Assembly: GCF_040938485.1 (NCBI RefSeq)
Contig: NW_027270987.1
Span: forward strand, 1,302,001-1,366,000
Origin: Diadema antillarum
Lineage: Eukaryota
DNA: 64,000 nucleotides
Reading direction: 5' to 3'
Shown piece by piece: positions 51,913 through 64,000 of this stretch. Both the position numbers and the translations under genes were made by a program. Under the pieces are notes generated by a model. That model saw only the letters and a program-made list of their open reading frames with translations. It ran no database searches and was not told the DNA's origin. The first letter of the stretch is position 1. Each line of letters begins with the position of its first letter.

Positions 51913-53540
51913 TAGCGTCTAAAAAAAACACGCTGCCCGATATACAGTCAACCTCGCCTCAGAAGTCGAATCCGAAGGGACCGACGGCCGGAGTGGCTGG
52001 AGAAAAATCTGTCGACTTACGTGAATTTCGACTTGTATAACAGAATCACCACATACAACATATAACACCACATAACTGTCTTCGACTATATGCCAATTTT
52101 TTTTCTATTGTGTGAGGTCGACCTTGGAGGTTGACAGCACTTGAATGTAGGGCAGAATAGACTATCAGGCTCAATTGAAAGAATCTCGTCAGCCGCACAG
52201 CTTGGGGAGACAGAACCTTATACATCTCTGGACCCAAGCTGCTTTGGAATGCCCTACTTCGATGAATCAGGAATGCAGATTCTATATCAATATCATGCTG
52301 TATGATTTACCTTAACACTTAAATCTTCCCAGCCACGCCTTCCCAACATAGTACTTTATTCTTGACTCGGGATAATGGTAATTAAATATCCTAACATCAT
52401 GGCTGAACAGTTGAAGTTGGAGACATTCTAGATCAAGAAAGACGGATACCGGCGCTGTACAAGAAACCATCATCATCATCACCTCTCGAGCGCGAGACGG
52501 GGCTTTTTTTTTTTTCTTTCTTTTTCGGTTGTCGACGGTCTCCACTGCTGAATAAACACCCTCGATCAATCCGCTCTCGTTTAGCTCCGGATAATATTCA
52601 ACCCCTGATTCAACCCCTGCTCGCATGCGCATGTTTACGGAGGGAGCGTGGTGCAGTGGAGGTTCTTTATATTTTTTTAGAAGACATTGGGGGGGGGGGG
52701 GTAGCTCCTAAGTGTGCCTCATTTGTGTTCCAGATTACTTCCCCCTCCCTCTCTCTCTCTCTGATTCATGAATTATATATTCTGTGCAAAAAATCAAAAA
52801 AAAAAAAAAAATCCCGAATCTCCGCACCCAGGTACACTGTAAAGCAATAATTCTGCACGAAATCGACAATATGCCTATCAACACTGAGATGCAAAAACAG
52901 CAGCAACCGCTCGTTAGGGGACGAGGCTGGCCAATATTATTTTTCTGAGAAGGGCCAAAAACTCATTTGTGCGCCTCTGTAAATGTAACTCTATACGGCT
53001 TCCTTCTGAAGCGCGAACACAGCAGTATACTAAGGCCTATTAAAACGCCCCTTCAAGCACGGAACGTATCTTATGGAATATTATCATTTATTGTCGTAAC
53101 TTAGCTATTACTCATATCAATGACGGTGTTATCTGATATTATAGTTTTTGATATAAACAGTGGGGAATGTTTTGTAGCACCTGTAGTGTTGATGAATATG
53201 GTACGTGCAAAAGACCGATCTCGCAGCACACCATGCACACTGCAAATGCGCCATCATTCAAATCCAATGGCGCCTTTCGCTGTGACAGCTCCCGAAGATA
53301 GCCCATAGGCCTACATCGAACGGACAATACAGGGGCTGCTACACACACACACACACACACGTACACACAAACACTTTTGGCTCGTTAAAAAAAAAGAGAG
53401 AGCAAAAAGCCGAAGCCACAAACGAAAAACAAAATCGGGAAACACCCATGAATTTCAATTTCTAAAGATTCCGCCTAAGCAGGGGGGGGGGGGGGGGGGG
53501 TGGTCTTGACCTTGACACCCTTTCGGTCCCGCAGTGCTGC

Positions 53541-53571
<31 letters not shown>

Positions 53572-53597
53572 AAACGTTGCGAATAGGCCCCAGAGAT

Positions 53598-55680
53598 AAG
53601 TTTGAAAGTTTGAAAGTTTGAAAGTTTATTTACTCACAACCCAAACTCTGGGTATCGGAGTCCAATGAAAAACATATAGCACATTATAATATCAATAAAT
53701 AATAATTACAAATAACTCTGAAAAGTGTACAAAACAACTATAACAAACAAAATAAGAATGAGATGCGACTGATGAAAAGAAAAAAAATGTACAGAAATAT
53801 ACAATATATACACGATATATGGTTTAAAAAAAACAAAGAAAGGGAAATATGACGAGAGAGAGAGAGAGAGGAGAGAGAAAGAAGGGATATATGGAGGTGA
53901 AGAGGGAGAGTGAGAAGGACACAAGACTGGTGAATTAACAAAAGATATACGAGTGACTTTTGGTTCAGGAAAAAAAACAAAAAAAAAACGCAAAGACATA
54001 CGGAAATGAATTCATACGTTAAGTGAACAAGAATGAAGGAAATATGGACGAGAAGAAGAAGAAGTAGAGAGGGGAAGAAAAAAGGAGGAGAGAATGAAAA
54101 GACAAATAAGTTACATATCAATTGTAAAGAAGGCACAGCCTGTAAAAAGGCATGTAGTATTTGCAAAAAGGATAAAAAATACTAATAATCTAAACATGTG
54201 TCATTATATAATTACAAAACTTGGATAAATTGGAAAGGACTGTTTTCTTTTGACAATTAAATAATTGATCCATCTTCATAGTGTTGGGGTATTTCCAGTA
54301 ATATTTTTTAAGTATTTCTTTCGTTGTTCATTAAAGAGTCTACACTGAAAAAGGTAGTGAAATTCATCACCAATTTTCTCTTCATGAATATGGGTACAAA
54401 ATCTTTCGTTTCTTGGAATCTGATTGTATCTTCCGAAACAATTGGCAGTTTATGATTAGCGCAACGGAATTTACATAAAATTTTTGCCTGTGAATCATTA
54501 AGGTGTCGAAAATACTTCTCAAAATGAAGATCCTGCTTAAAAATTCGATAATTTAAACATTGAGAATTTTTGTCTACATTACTATGCCACTCTTGTTTAT
54601 AAATATCATTTAATCTGGTACTAACTAAACTTTTGAAGCCAGCTAAAGTGAGATGTGCTGCTTGGCTGTTCCAAATTGCAGTTAGACCTAAGTTGTTAAA
54701 TATTTCTTTTATCCTAATTACCCATGTCATCGAATTTTCTTGTCTCGCCGATAAAACATATTGAAAATTATACAAAATATGCGCTATCTTTGACATATTA
54801 CTGTTAACAAGTTTAAACCAAAACATTAACATCCGAAGGGTCACTGTTTTTTGTAATCTATCTTTACCTATTTCTCCGTAAACCATATAATTCGGAGTTC
54901 GCTTATGTAATCCAAGAAGTTCCTTACAATATCTACAAAAGAAAGTTTCAATTTGGGCGAGGTCTTCAAAACCCCAAATTTCACTGCCGTAAAGCAAAAT
55001 AGGCATGATCAAACGTTCAAATAGCTCTAGTTTTACGTCGATTGGAAGGAGGAGAGGTAAAATTTTACTTTTCATGGAATACAACGCTCTTTTGGCTTGG
55101 GTTACTTGTTTGTTTATAGCTTTCTTAAAATTATTATTATTATTGAACGTCGTTCCTAAGTAAACATAATCATCGCAGACACAAATTTTGTCATCTCCGA
55201 AAAGAAAGGTAGGAGCTGTTCTAACTTTTCCACGGGAAAAAATAACTATCTTGGTCTTAGCAGTATTAACGGTCAGATGCCACAATTGGCAATAATCAAA
55301 TAAAGCATCAAGAGCTAACTGGAGTTCCTCAGCATTTTCAGCCAACACAATCGTATCATCTGCATATAGTAATGTGAATAAATCAACAAACATATTCACT
55401 TCTTCGGTAGAACACGTTTCATTGATACCTGACGAAAGAAAATCCAGGCCAGGGTATCTCTGAGACAGAAATGACGAAAAATCGTTTAAATACAACGAAA
55501 ATAATATTGGCGATAAATTCTCACCTTGTTTTACACCGATGTTACTCTTAAAAAACTCTGATTTAGAATAGGCCCTCATAAAGGTCACGGATTGCGAATA
55601 TGTGTCTATTATTGTTTGCATAAATCCACTGTGCTGTGTCAATACAAACCTAACCACTAATCGTTTGTAATACCAAGGAG
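53598..55680 (-). mobile_element. 5'-truncated non-LTR retrotransposon, RTE-X/CR1-group reverse transcriptase
   Basis: ORF 55657-54308 has GVKQGENLSP, LYADD, YVYLG, LLYGSEIWG, KFRCANHKLP. A frameshift near 54440 restores GRYNQIPRNERFC...DEFHYLFQC. AATAAA is followed by a (TCAAACTT)3 tail. Clade assignment is from motif memory. Confidence 0.85.
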
Positions 55681-57100
55681 GTTCAACAGGTTGAGTTCAA
55701 ACTGGCTGTAACTATTCAAACAGCTGTCAGTTTTCTTTACGGATGCCCAAAACAAAAGAATTCTATACAGGCGCATTGATTATGTGCCTTCCATGATCGG
55801 TGTTCGATGTCGCCGTCGTTCTGAGCAATCTGAAGATTAACCGCGAACATTATATCGGGCATATTTTGCGTATATATTTCAAGATTCGGAAATTAAACTT
55901 CACCTATCTTATACAAACGATAAAGCTAATAATAATAATAAAAAGTTCATCTCACGCAATGTTCAAAAGTGTAAATCTGAGCTGTAGAAGTGGACATGTT
56001 AAAAACTTGTACCCTCCTGAAAGCCGATTTAATCACCGTAATAAAATCGGCAAATAATATTTCTCGTAAAGTAATCGGAAAGTTTCCAATTATTTAGGAC
56101 AAATTCCGACAAATGCAACTGGTATGATATAGGCCTATCTATTCCAGTATAGCTTCTTTTTTTAATTTGATTTGTCAGATTAGTGTCCAGACATAAAATG
56201 TCATGCAGTGGATTAATTTTCATTCTTATTTCAAAAATATTTGCGCAAATTCTATTCGCACACTCCCCGTGTCTTTACCTACCGTTGCCTTGTAACTGCC
56301 CATCTTTTATAGGCATGGCAGGGATGGCGAAAAGAAATTACCATCATTAAGACAATATTTTCCTTAAAGAATGGCAGCGGTATGGCCATTATGCAATGAG
56401 GCATGAATCCAGTGTCTTCCTTATCTGTACGAGCATAACCAATTTGGCACATACAAGTACTTCAAATATTCTTGAGCAACGGCATCGAACATGCATGCGA
56501 TCACAAGGAAATAAGACTGATACGAGACTCTATCACTCAAAGCTCCTTTAGTGTAATCATGGCACTACCATTGCCTACTACACATGGACATTCATCATTT
56601 TCGTTAATCAATGCATGCCCATGTCTATGTCAAAAGTGTCCAAAAACATTTTGGACATTCTCCCCTGCTTTGATCTTATGATCTCCGCTGCCGGCAAGCC
56701 AGAGCAAACACAACGCATCTTAGAAAACTCTATAAACCAAAATGCGCAGAAGATAATAACCGTCTTAATTCAAGGTAAATGCACATGTGCAGTGGTGGTA
56801 CGTATATCAGTATATCACCGCTCAGATATCTTCATTAGCGCAATGCAGATACCAAAGAGAAAGCTAACTTTTCAGATAACCCTTTGATTATGATTTGTAA
56901 TCTCATTTTTCACCTTTTCCACCTATTTTTCCAACGTACAAAGAGACAGTAAGGGGAGCGGGTGTGATATATTGTTGATATGTTTCACTATTCGGCAAAG
57001 TCGTATACGATAGCGAGCGAGTCTGTTACTTCCACGCAAATGATACGAAATTAGTCATTCTCTGACGTTTGCTGCTTCTCATTATTTGCTTTTTATCTAA

Positions 57101-57952
57101 GGGTGCGTTTATCAACTCCTTTTCTCGGCAGAAACAGGTTATCCAAACAGCGTTCAAGGAATTTTTACGAGTTGATAAACGCAAAGCTGTTTTGAAAGCC
57201 CTTTAGGAAAGCCTTTACGAAAGGGTGAGTTTATCAACTCTCCTTTCTCGGCAGAAACAGCTTATCCAAACGAACAAGGAATTTTTACGAGTTGATAAAC
57301 GCAAAGCTGTTTTGAAAGCCCTTTAGGAAAGCCTTTTCGAAAGCCCCAAATTTGTGGCTATCCAAACAGGTTTCCTAAACAGGTTTTCAGAAACCTGTTT
57401 GTGAAAGCCTTTTGGAAGTTGATAAACGCAAAGCTGTTTTGAAACGGCTTTGTAGTCTTGTACTTGCAGTTACGAACAATGCACGCCTTATGGCCTCTTC
57501 TCCTCGGGTCGAATTGCTTAATGCAGCTGTACGGTGACAAGCCAGTTAAAAAATCGATAAACGCAAATATTTTGAAAGCCGTTTCTAAAGGGCTTTGGAA
57601 AGGGCTATCGAAAGCCGTTTAAACAGGGGAAAGTTGATAAACGCAGCCAAAGTCTCATGCCGCCACTCAGAAATATTTGAAGTATGTGCTACACTGGAGC
57701 TGCCTCACAGATAGGAGGACAATTGATTCATGTGGCATTGCATCATGACTCGTCACTCTCAAGGAAGATATGTCTTTATGATGGTAATTGCTTTTCGCCG
57801 TCCCTTCTTAGAAAACAAGCGGCACATTAATAGTACAGGCAGTCAGGGCTTTGGAAAGGGCTCTCGAAAGGGCTATGGAAAGGGCTTTCGAAAGGGCTAT
57901 CGAAAGGGCTATCGAAAGCCGTTTAAACCGGGGAAAGTTGATAAATGAGGCC
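57101..57952. mobile_element. Harbinger-like non-autonomous element with reiterated termini
   Basis: GGGTGCGTTTATCAAC at 57101 and GTTGATAAACGCAGCC ending at 57648; ~120-bp tandem units inside; a second right-end copy with gaaagggct repeats at ~57850-57952. Confidence 0.7.
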
Positions 57953-58619
57953 AAAGACGTTTCCGCCTGAGAACGCGCATCAGCCAAAACAGAAACGGTT
58001 CCTTTGTCAGTGACCATGCATGATCATGCAATCATCATTTTCGAGACACCTGTATGTAGGTCCTATACTCACTGAGATGCGCATAGTAAGGTTAGGTGGC
58101 GTCGGATCTCGCACATTCAAAGTGGTTTGATTCGCCGAAAGTCCATTCGTTATAGGTCCATGGTCTATATAGCCCTGATACACTTGCGGCGTTACATGAA
58201 CTTGTGGAGGACAGTTCGAAAAGCGTCACAAGGTAGAAGACGTTTGTGATAACGATCATCAGAAAGGTGGCAAATACATTCCCAATGAGAAGACGGAAGA
58301 GCTAACGGAACTGCCGAGTGGTGGTGGTATGGTACTGTAGGGCAGTGTTCGGCTTCCCCTTGAACTTCCACGCTGTTGCTTCAGTTTATTGCTTGGAGCT
58401 TGGTGTGTAAAACCTGGCTTTAAAAACCCGCGGCACGAGGGCTACTAGTCTAGTACCAGTAATGATGCAATGATATGAGTGGGAGTGCTCATCCCATCAA
58501 AGAGCAGGCGCTTCATTAGACGGAAAGTGGATTTTTTTTTTTTTGGTTTTCAAATGTGTTTTTTTTTATATCTTTATTTTACTTTTTTATTTTTCATGCA
58601 TTCAAATGAAAAGAATGAT

Positions 58620-59280
58620 AATCTAGAGGTTATTGAGACAGTCAAAGAGGAAAAGGATCTTGGGGTGTACTTTTCTCCTAACCTCAATTTTACTCTTCAT
58701 GTACCGGTATACACAAAGTAGCTGCAAAGGAAAATAAAGTACTTGGTCTGATCATCAAAGGGACCTTTACTCATCTGACTAGGGAAGTGTTTGTCCTATT
58801 GTATAAGGCCCTTAGGTGGACCGCTCTTGGAATATTGCTCTTGGTATGGAACAAACGAATTAAAGTTAGCATCTGAAGTTAACTCGTCATATTCTGAGAT
58901 ACTCTTAGTATTTGGGGATTCCATCCCCAGAACATCGACGTGAACGTTCAGATATGATTCAAGTGTTCAAGATTTTGTATGATATGGAAGATTTTAATCC
59001 AGCTGTTCTCTTTGTTATTCATGATCAAGTTTATCAGGCAGAGAGTAGTAAATACTTGGAATAGCCTTCATGCAGAAGCTGTCGAGACATCATCAGTTAG
59101 CAGCTTCAAGTCTAAGCTCAATGATCACTGGAAACAGAAACAACAAATTTAATCCAGATTGCATGTGACCATCCCGTGGATACATCACATGGGACTCCTC
59201 AGCAGGCTCAGGATTGAATCATTTGAATGACCCTCTACAAGTCTTCAACTTACTGGGCGTCACCATAGGTAATTCAGGTA
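58620..59280 (+). mobile_element. Degenerate CR1 LINE 3' fragment
   Basis: Broken frames give EEKDLGV, KVLGLI, LLYKAL, LLEYC, RSDMIQVFKIL, SSFKSKLNDHWK. Confidence 0.8.
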
Positions 59281-59856
59281 ACCCCCCCCCCAAAAAAAAA
59301 AAAAAAAAAAAAAAGAAAGAAAGAAAAAAAAAAACTTTCATAGGCCTATGGCTCTCCTCCGTGAAGCCAGACGTAGTCTATGTGGTATTCTAGCCCCAAC
59401 CAGGCGCGCGCGAAGGAAACTACATAGTCCTGAGTAAAAGGTGCACTTGAGCAATGTGTTGTAACGGCGTTGTTGTTGTGGGTTTTTTTTTTTTTTTCTT
59501 CTTCTTCTTCCGGTTATGTCTGCCTTCTTAAGCTGAAGATTCTTTAGGACTCGAATGTCTGGATCTGTATAGATGCGTTTGTGATCACAATAATGTACAC
59601 ATTTCACAAATTGTACTGATGACGTTGGAATATTATAACAATAAACGCCATGAATAAGATTGCTAACGAGTAACGATAGAGCTTCCGAGCCATATATTTA
59701 GTTAACACATATAACATTAAACTGGATTTGTCAACTGGCATCATAAGACATTCTTGGCTTTATACTACACTACACTCTCAATTGACGTACTAAGTGATGG
59801 TCCCTTTTGCATTGCCACGGCCGCCTGAGCTGGCCTGGCCCGAGGAACGGGGCGAC

Positions 59857-60038
59857 TAGTTTGCAGGCACAAACCCTTGTTGGTCGTAAAGGAGTCTGCG
59901 CCAAGACTACTACATGCACCACTTTGGCACTGTCCCATAGGCCCTGTGTTGGGAGAGGCTGCAGTGTAGTGGTGCGTGTATTAGTCTTGGCGCATGCAGA
60001 CTCCTATACGACCAACAAGGGTTTGTGCCTGCAAACTA
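59857..60038. mobile_element. 182-bp MITE with TAG...CTA ends and perfect 9-bp TSD
   Basis: TSD CGGGGCGAC at 59848-59856 and 60039-60047; ~70-bp TIR starting TAGTTTGCAGGCACAAACCCTTGTTGGTCGT. Confidence 0.9.
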
Positions 60039-60356
60039 CGGGGCGACCGCCAGTGCTGACCCGTACCCGTACCCATATCCACCTAGACCTTCAATGCATG
60101 CATTCATCCGCTAGTAGTAGGGTTGGGGGTACCACGTATCGACACCCTAAGGATCTGTAGCTTGTTTATTCTAAAAATATAATACAAATCCGCCTAATTC
60201 TTACCTCAAATATGCCATAAATACTGCAGTTTTGAATGTCGTGACCGTCTCGTTGATTATGAATCTCCGTTTTAAAATAGCGCAATTTTAGTGCGTGCGT
60301 TCCGTTTTCTTCGCGCAGCTAAAAAGGGAACCTTGCGATCGACACCCCCTCTCCTC

Positions 60357-60437
60357 CATAGGTATACACGTGAATTTCACAGCATAGGTATACACGTGAA
60401 TTTCACAGGCCATAGGTAATACACGTGAATTTCACAG
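60357..60437 (+). promoter_or_regulatory. Triple 26-27-bp tandem repeat, each unit carrying a CACGTG E-box, upstream of GTF3C6
   Basis: cataggtatacacgtgaatttcacag twice plus cataggtaatacacgtgaatttcacag, ending ~420 bp before the ATG at 60861. Confidence 0.7.
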
Positions 60438-60860
60438 CCATGCGTCGTTACTGATCGGATGTGTAATTTTTAGCTTGGTTTGTTTGAGTTTGATTTTCGT
60501 TTCTTCGTTTTTATTGTTTTTATAGCTAATGACACTTAATCCCGCGCGTACTTTTTTGTTCTATACGCAAACAGCCATGATACGCAGGGTGTCGATGGGA
60601 AGGTGCCCTGTCGATAGGTGGTGCCCCAACCATACACAGCGGCCGCTGTGCACTGCTACACTTGATACAATTACAAGTAGCACAGCACTACGCTGCACGA
60701 CCGCTTTTCGCGAATTAGCGGGCGTATTTTATGCACACAGCTCTTTCACACAGACCTTTCCGTTCAATCTCTAACCCAGAACTATCGGCCTCTGAAGAAT
60801 AAATGGACTAGCCAGAGAGGGGCTGATTTCATTGACGGTGACACTGATAATTGTAGCAAC

Positions 60861-63800
60861 ATGACAGATACCCATGATAATGACTGGATCGAGGAGGTAA
60901 GCTATTAAATAAACACTAGATCTAACACTAGTAGCAGTGGTGACCTCGACCCATCTTAATTTTCAAACATTGAATCGAACGTGTGGGACTACAATATGCT
61001 ATCTCCACTTGCGCCGAGTCTATCAAATGTTTATAAGCTATTTACCGATCTTAGGACGAACAGAGTTGAATGTGTAAAAACTCACCCCTATCTGCCGTGC
61101 CTCCACACGTGTATACCCCAGCCCAGGTGAAGTAACATTTAAACCACAGCCACAGGCATGGCAAAGTATTTACACTCTACCCGAACGCTCCGCACCTTGT
61201 CAATCGGCAGAGCGAGCGTCGAGCGGTCACGGTCGGCTCATCAGAGTTGAACATTGAACTTGCAGTTTTAGATAGGTCCATAGGTGTAAAAATTTGCATG
61301 TAGAACAAACATGGAAACGCTTTCTGCATACTAGTCTGTTCCCAACGCTACCATACCATTAACAAGTGCAAATTGCAAATTTAATTTGATTATGAATTTA
61401 TGGTATGCCAGTGTAAGGCCAGGGTTTAATAATATGTCTAGTTAGATTAGCATTGACCATTTTTGACTTGTATCAGTCATTAAGCTTGTCTTCAGTGTGA
61501 CAATTTTTTTTTTTTTTTTTTTTTTATGGTGGGCCGGCCATGAGCTTGTCTAATGTTAGTGTTTTGGTCCTTCTTCTGCATTGGCTATCCCAGCAATGCA
61601 AGTAGCAACTTAACCATATGATCCCTAGCTTTTGCGATTATCCATGCAGAGTTAAATGTACATGGTAATTCTGCAAACTTAATTCCAGTGCTTGGTTAAA
61701 ATGGATTCCTTTAATTGTTTTGTCAAATGACTTTGCTGTTATTGTACGGTACCGCTTGTCTTTCTACACCATTCGAAACAACAACAACAACAAAATTTCT
61801 TTCCTTTTCTAAAAACGAAATTGCCCCTGTTGGGTTGCTGGGATGTTGGTCATTAAAGTGATATGTAACTTGTATAATGATAATTATAACAATGATAATA
61901 AAAAAATAGAACTCCAAAATTGTGTTCCTTGGCTGATGGGATTTCCTTTTTTTTTTCTGTCCTAGATAGATGATGTGTTAGTAAGACCATATCCAGGGAT
62001 GCGCAATCATGAAACATGGAGATACTAAACTATAATTTTGCCAAAGTATTGAATACTAGTACAGCTGTAATATGTGTCACCTTAAATCGGGACTATATTC
62101 TAGTGATGTAATACCGGTAATCATGTCACCAATTTTATTCAGGCTTCTGCAGCGAAATATCCATAAAGTGGTGCAGTAGATTATATTGTAGCAAGAATTT
62201 GCTTCAAATTTTCAAGTAGCTGTTTGTAGTGGTTCTCCTATTAGAGGTACTGTTATGCTTTAAATTACTTGTGAGGGCTAAGTTGTTGTTTTCTTTTTGA
62301 CATTTGTGGTCTGGTTTTCTCTTGACCCTTTCTCTCCCTTCCTCTTCCCTCTCTCTCTCTCTCTTTCCTACAATGAAGGAACATCTGGTCCTTGTAGAGC
62401 TGTCTGGTGTGGCGGATGATCAGAACTTTGCCAAGTCCAAAAAGGAGTGTAAAATTCTGGTGAGTAGGGCTGTGCTTCTATGAAGGGCAGGAGAAGAACG
62501 ATGAGCTGGCTCAGTTGGTAGTTTGTCTGCCTTACCATCAGTGGGTTCAGGGTTCAAGGCTCATTGACAACTAGCTTAGCCAATGTGTGCATGGTAAAGC
62601 CGCCACCTCTATTAAATGGCAAAGGTGTAAAGGTAACCAACAAGTTAGCACAAAAACTCTGACCTGTCAATGACTCAAAAAGTAGGTTTACTTTACTTGG
62701 ATTTACTTGGATGTAGAGATGTAAAACGGTGAATTATTTGCCCCTCCAGATACTGTAAAACATGATATATTCGCGGCATGAAATTTTCGCGAATTGGAGC
62801 CGACAGCCTTTTTCGTGGCATGAAATTTTCGCGAATTGCCACTGGCGTTCAATGCATGTAGTGTAGACAAAAACTTTCGCGTGCATTTTAATTTCGCGAA
62901 TTTTGGCGCTCACGAAATTCGCAAAATTAAAATGCACGCGAAAATTCCTCGTTTTACAGTATTACTTCAGTCCTCTGACATGGGTTCTAATTCAGGGGAT
63001 GGCCATTCCATTGTTTCTCAAGGATAACTTTGAGCTGATTAACACTTGATGATGCTATAACTGCCTTGTCTGGTGAGGATTTCCACTTGTTACAATATTG
63101 AACAGAGAAAGACTTGTGATGTATTATTACATTTGGATCTAGGTTTTCTCACTTGGAGGCTGTGGCCTCTGATTCTGGAGCTGCCTATCAGTCTGAAAAA
63201 TTGATAGAGATCAATTGAAAGATTGATTGAGAGTCACACCTCATGCACAGTGGCAATGCTACCTCATGTTTCACATAGAGTGGGATGAATGCACAGTGCA
63301 TTGGTTGGTTTCTTATTCCTTCTCAAAAATATTTGTTTGTTACCAATGCCAAGTTTTCAAGGGAATTGCTGGAGAAGTAATAATCGGGGAATTCAGGGAA
63401 TGGTACATATACCTACAGTACAGTGAATGTTGTGTTGTCCCCCCCCCCCCCCCCCCCCCAACATACATAGAAAAATACACATACTGGGGCTTTCAAACCT
63501 GTTTAGATACCAGTAGTCACTTTTTGTAGACTATCAAAGAACATCCAATACAGTCAGGTTACTGTGTAAAATCATCTCATTGTCTGCATTTGAAATCTTA
63601 ATAGCCACTGTATACGAGCTGATGCTACAGACTAATTAAAGCATGGGCAAATTAGGCAGTTAACTGTTTATGATTACCCCATATCAAATATGAAATACCA
63701 TTTTACTATAAAAGACAGGATGATATAAATATTCTGTGGCAAATGATGGTCATGTGTTGATGGAAAGTGATAGGACAACACCAACAAAAATGGATCATAT

Positions 63801-63936
63801 TTATGACAATGATTTATTTGTTGTTATTTCTTGTTACAGGGCATTGAGACAGAGAAGCCAGTCTTGCAAGTTGGCAACTCTGTCTTCCAAGGAGAATACA
63901 AGAAGGCCGTCGGCACCATTGTTATTTTTGAAGGAG
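60861..63936 (+). CDS. GTF3C6: General transcription factor IIIC subunit 6 (TFIIIC35), first three coding exons; gene continues beyond the window
   Basis: Exons 60861-60896, 62379-62459, 63840-63936 (GT-AG) give MTDTHDNDWIEE-EHLVLVELSGVADDQNFAKSKKECKIL-GIETEKPVLQVGNSVFQGEYKKAVGTIVIFE, matching the recalled vertebrate sequence EEQLVLVELSGII...CKVLGIDTERPILQV...FAGEY...GTCVIFE. Confidence 0.9.
62500..62570 (+). mobile_element. Degenerate tRNA-like SINE head
   Basis: gatgagctggctcagttggtag (A box) and gggttcaag (partial B box). Confidence 0.45.
62751..62961. mobile_element. TA-flanked MITE
   Basis: TACTGTAAAAC/GTTTTACAGTA ends; internal ttcgcgaa repeats. Confidence 0.8.
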
Positions 63937-64000
63937 GTAGACGAGTTTCTCTCCTCTGTTATGTCTCTTACAGTCTCCTGATTAATTGATTATTATAGCT

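Noticed and set aside
51473-52632. Minus-strand ORF pieces around the second gap (GQDPLVVAII..., GPEMYKVLSP..., GVEYYPELNE...)
   Set aside because: No recognisable protein and no consistent splice pattern; part of the region is missing.
56300-56800. Faint similarity to a Harbinger transposase C-terminal motif (ENVQNVFGHF*HR)
   Set aside because: A single weak motif with stops; not supportable without an HMM search.
62373-62378. In-frame ATG (MKEHLVLVEL) as the GTF3C6 start
   Set aside because: It lies at the end of a polypyrimidine tract ending in AAG, and an upstream exon (60861-60896) supplies the conserved acidic N-terminus in the correct phase.

Overview
Repeat-rich animal genomic DNA with spliced genes and two N gaps; the repeat landscape resembles a marine invertebrate such as a sea urchin (inference only). 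The minus strand carries a tandem pair of 9-exon succinate-semialdehyde dehydrogenase (ALDH5A1/SSADH) genes with identical sizes for exons 2-9. Copy A (47543->22805, 565 aa) has a long mitochondrial-type presequence and the canonical SSADH pocket. Copy B (10574->46, 485 aa) has no presequence and a remodelled pocket (R334->Y, S498->F, redox C342->S, human numbering), yet shares an 80-bp near-identical tract with copy A. Intron 8 of copy A holds a third, divergent terminal exon broken by a stop codon and an 87-bp telomeric-repeat insertion. The first three coding exons of GTF3C6 lie on the plus strand at the right end. Mobile DNA includes an intact 3-exon Kolobok-type transposase element inside nested MITEs, a near-intact Tx1/L1 ORF2, RTE-X-like, CR1 and RLE-type LINE fragments, a tRNA-derived SINE, many MITEs, a family of ~30-bp hairpin micro-elements with 5-bp TSDs, and a 2.25-kb palindromic Harbinger derivative built like maize Mu killer, ~1.2 kb upstream of copy A.
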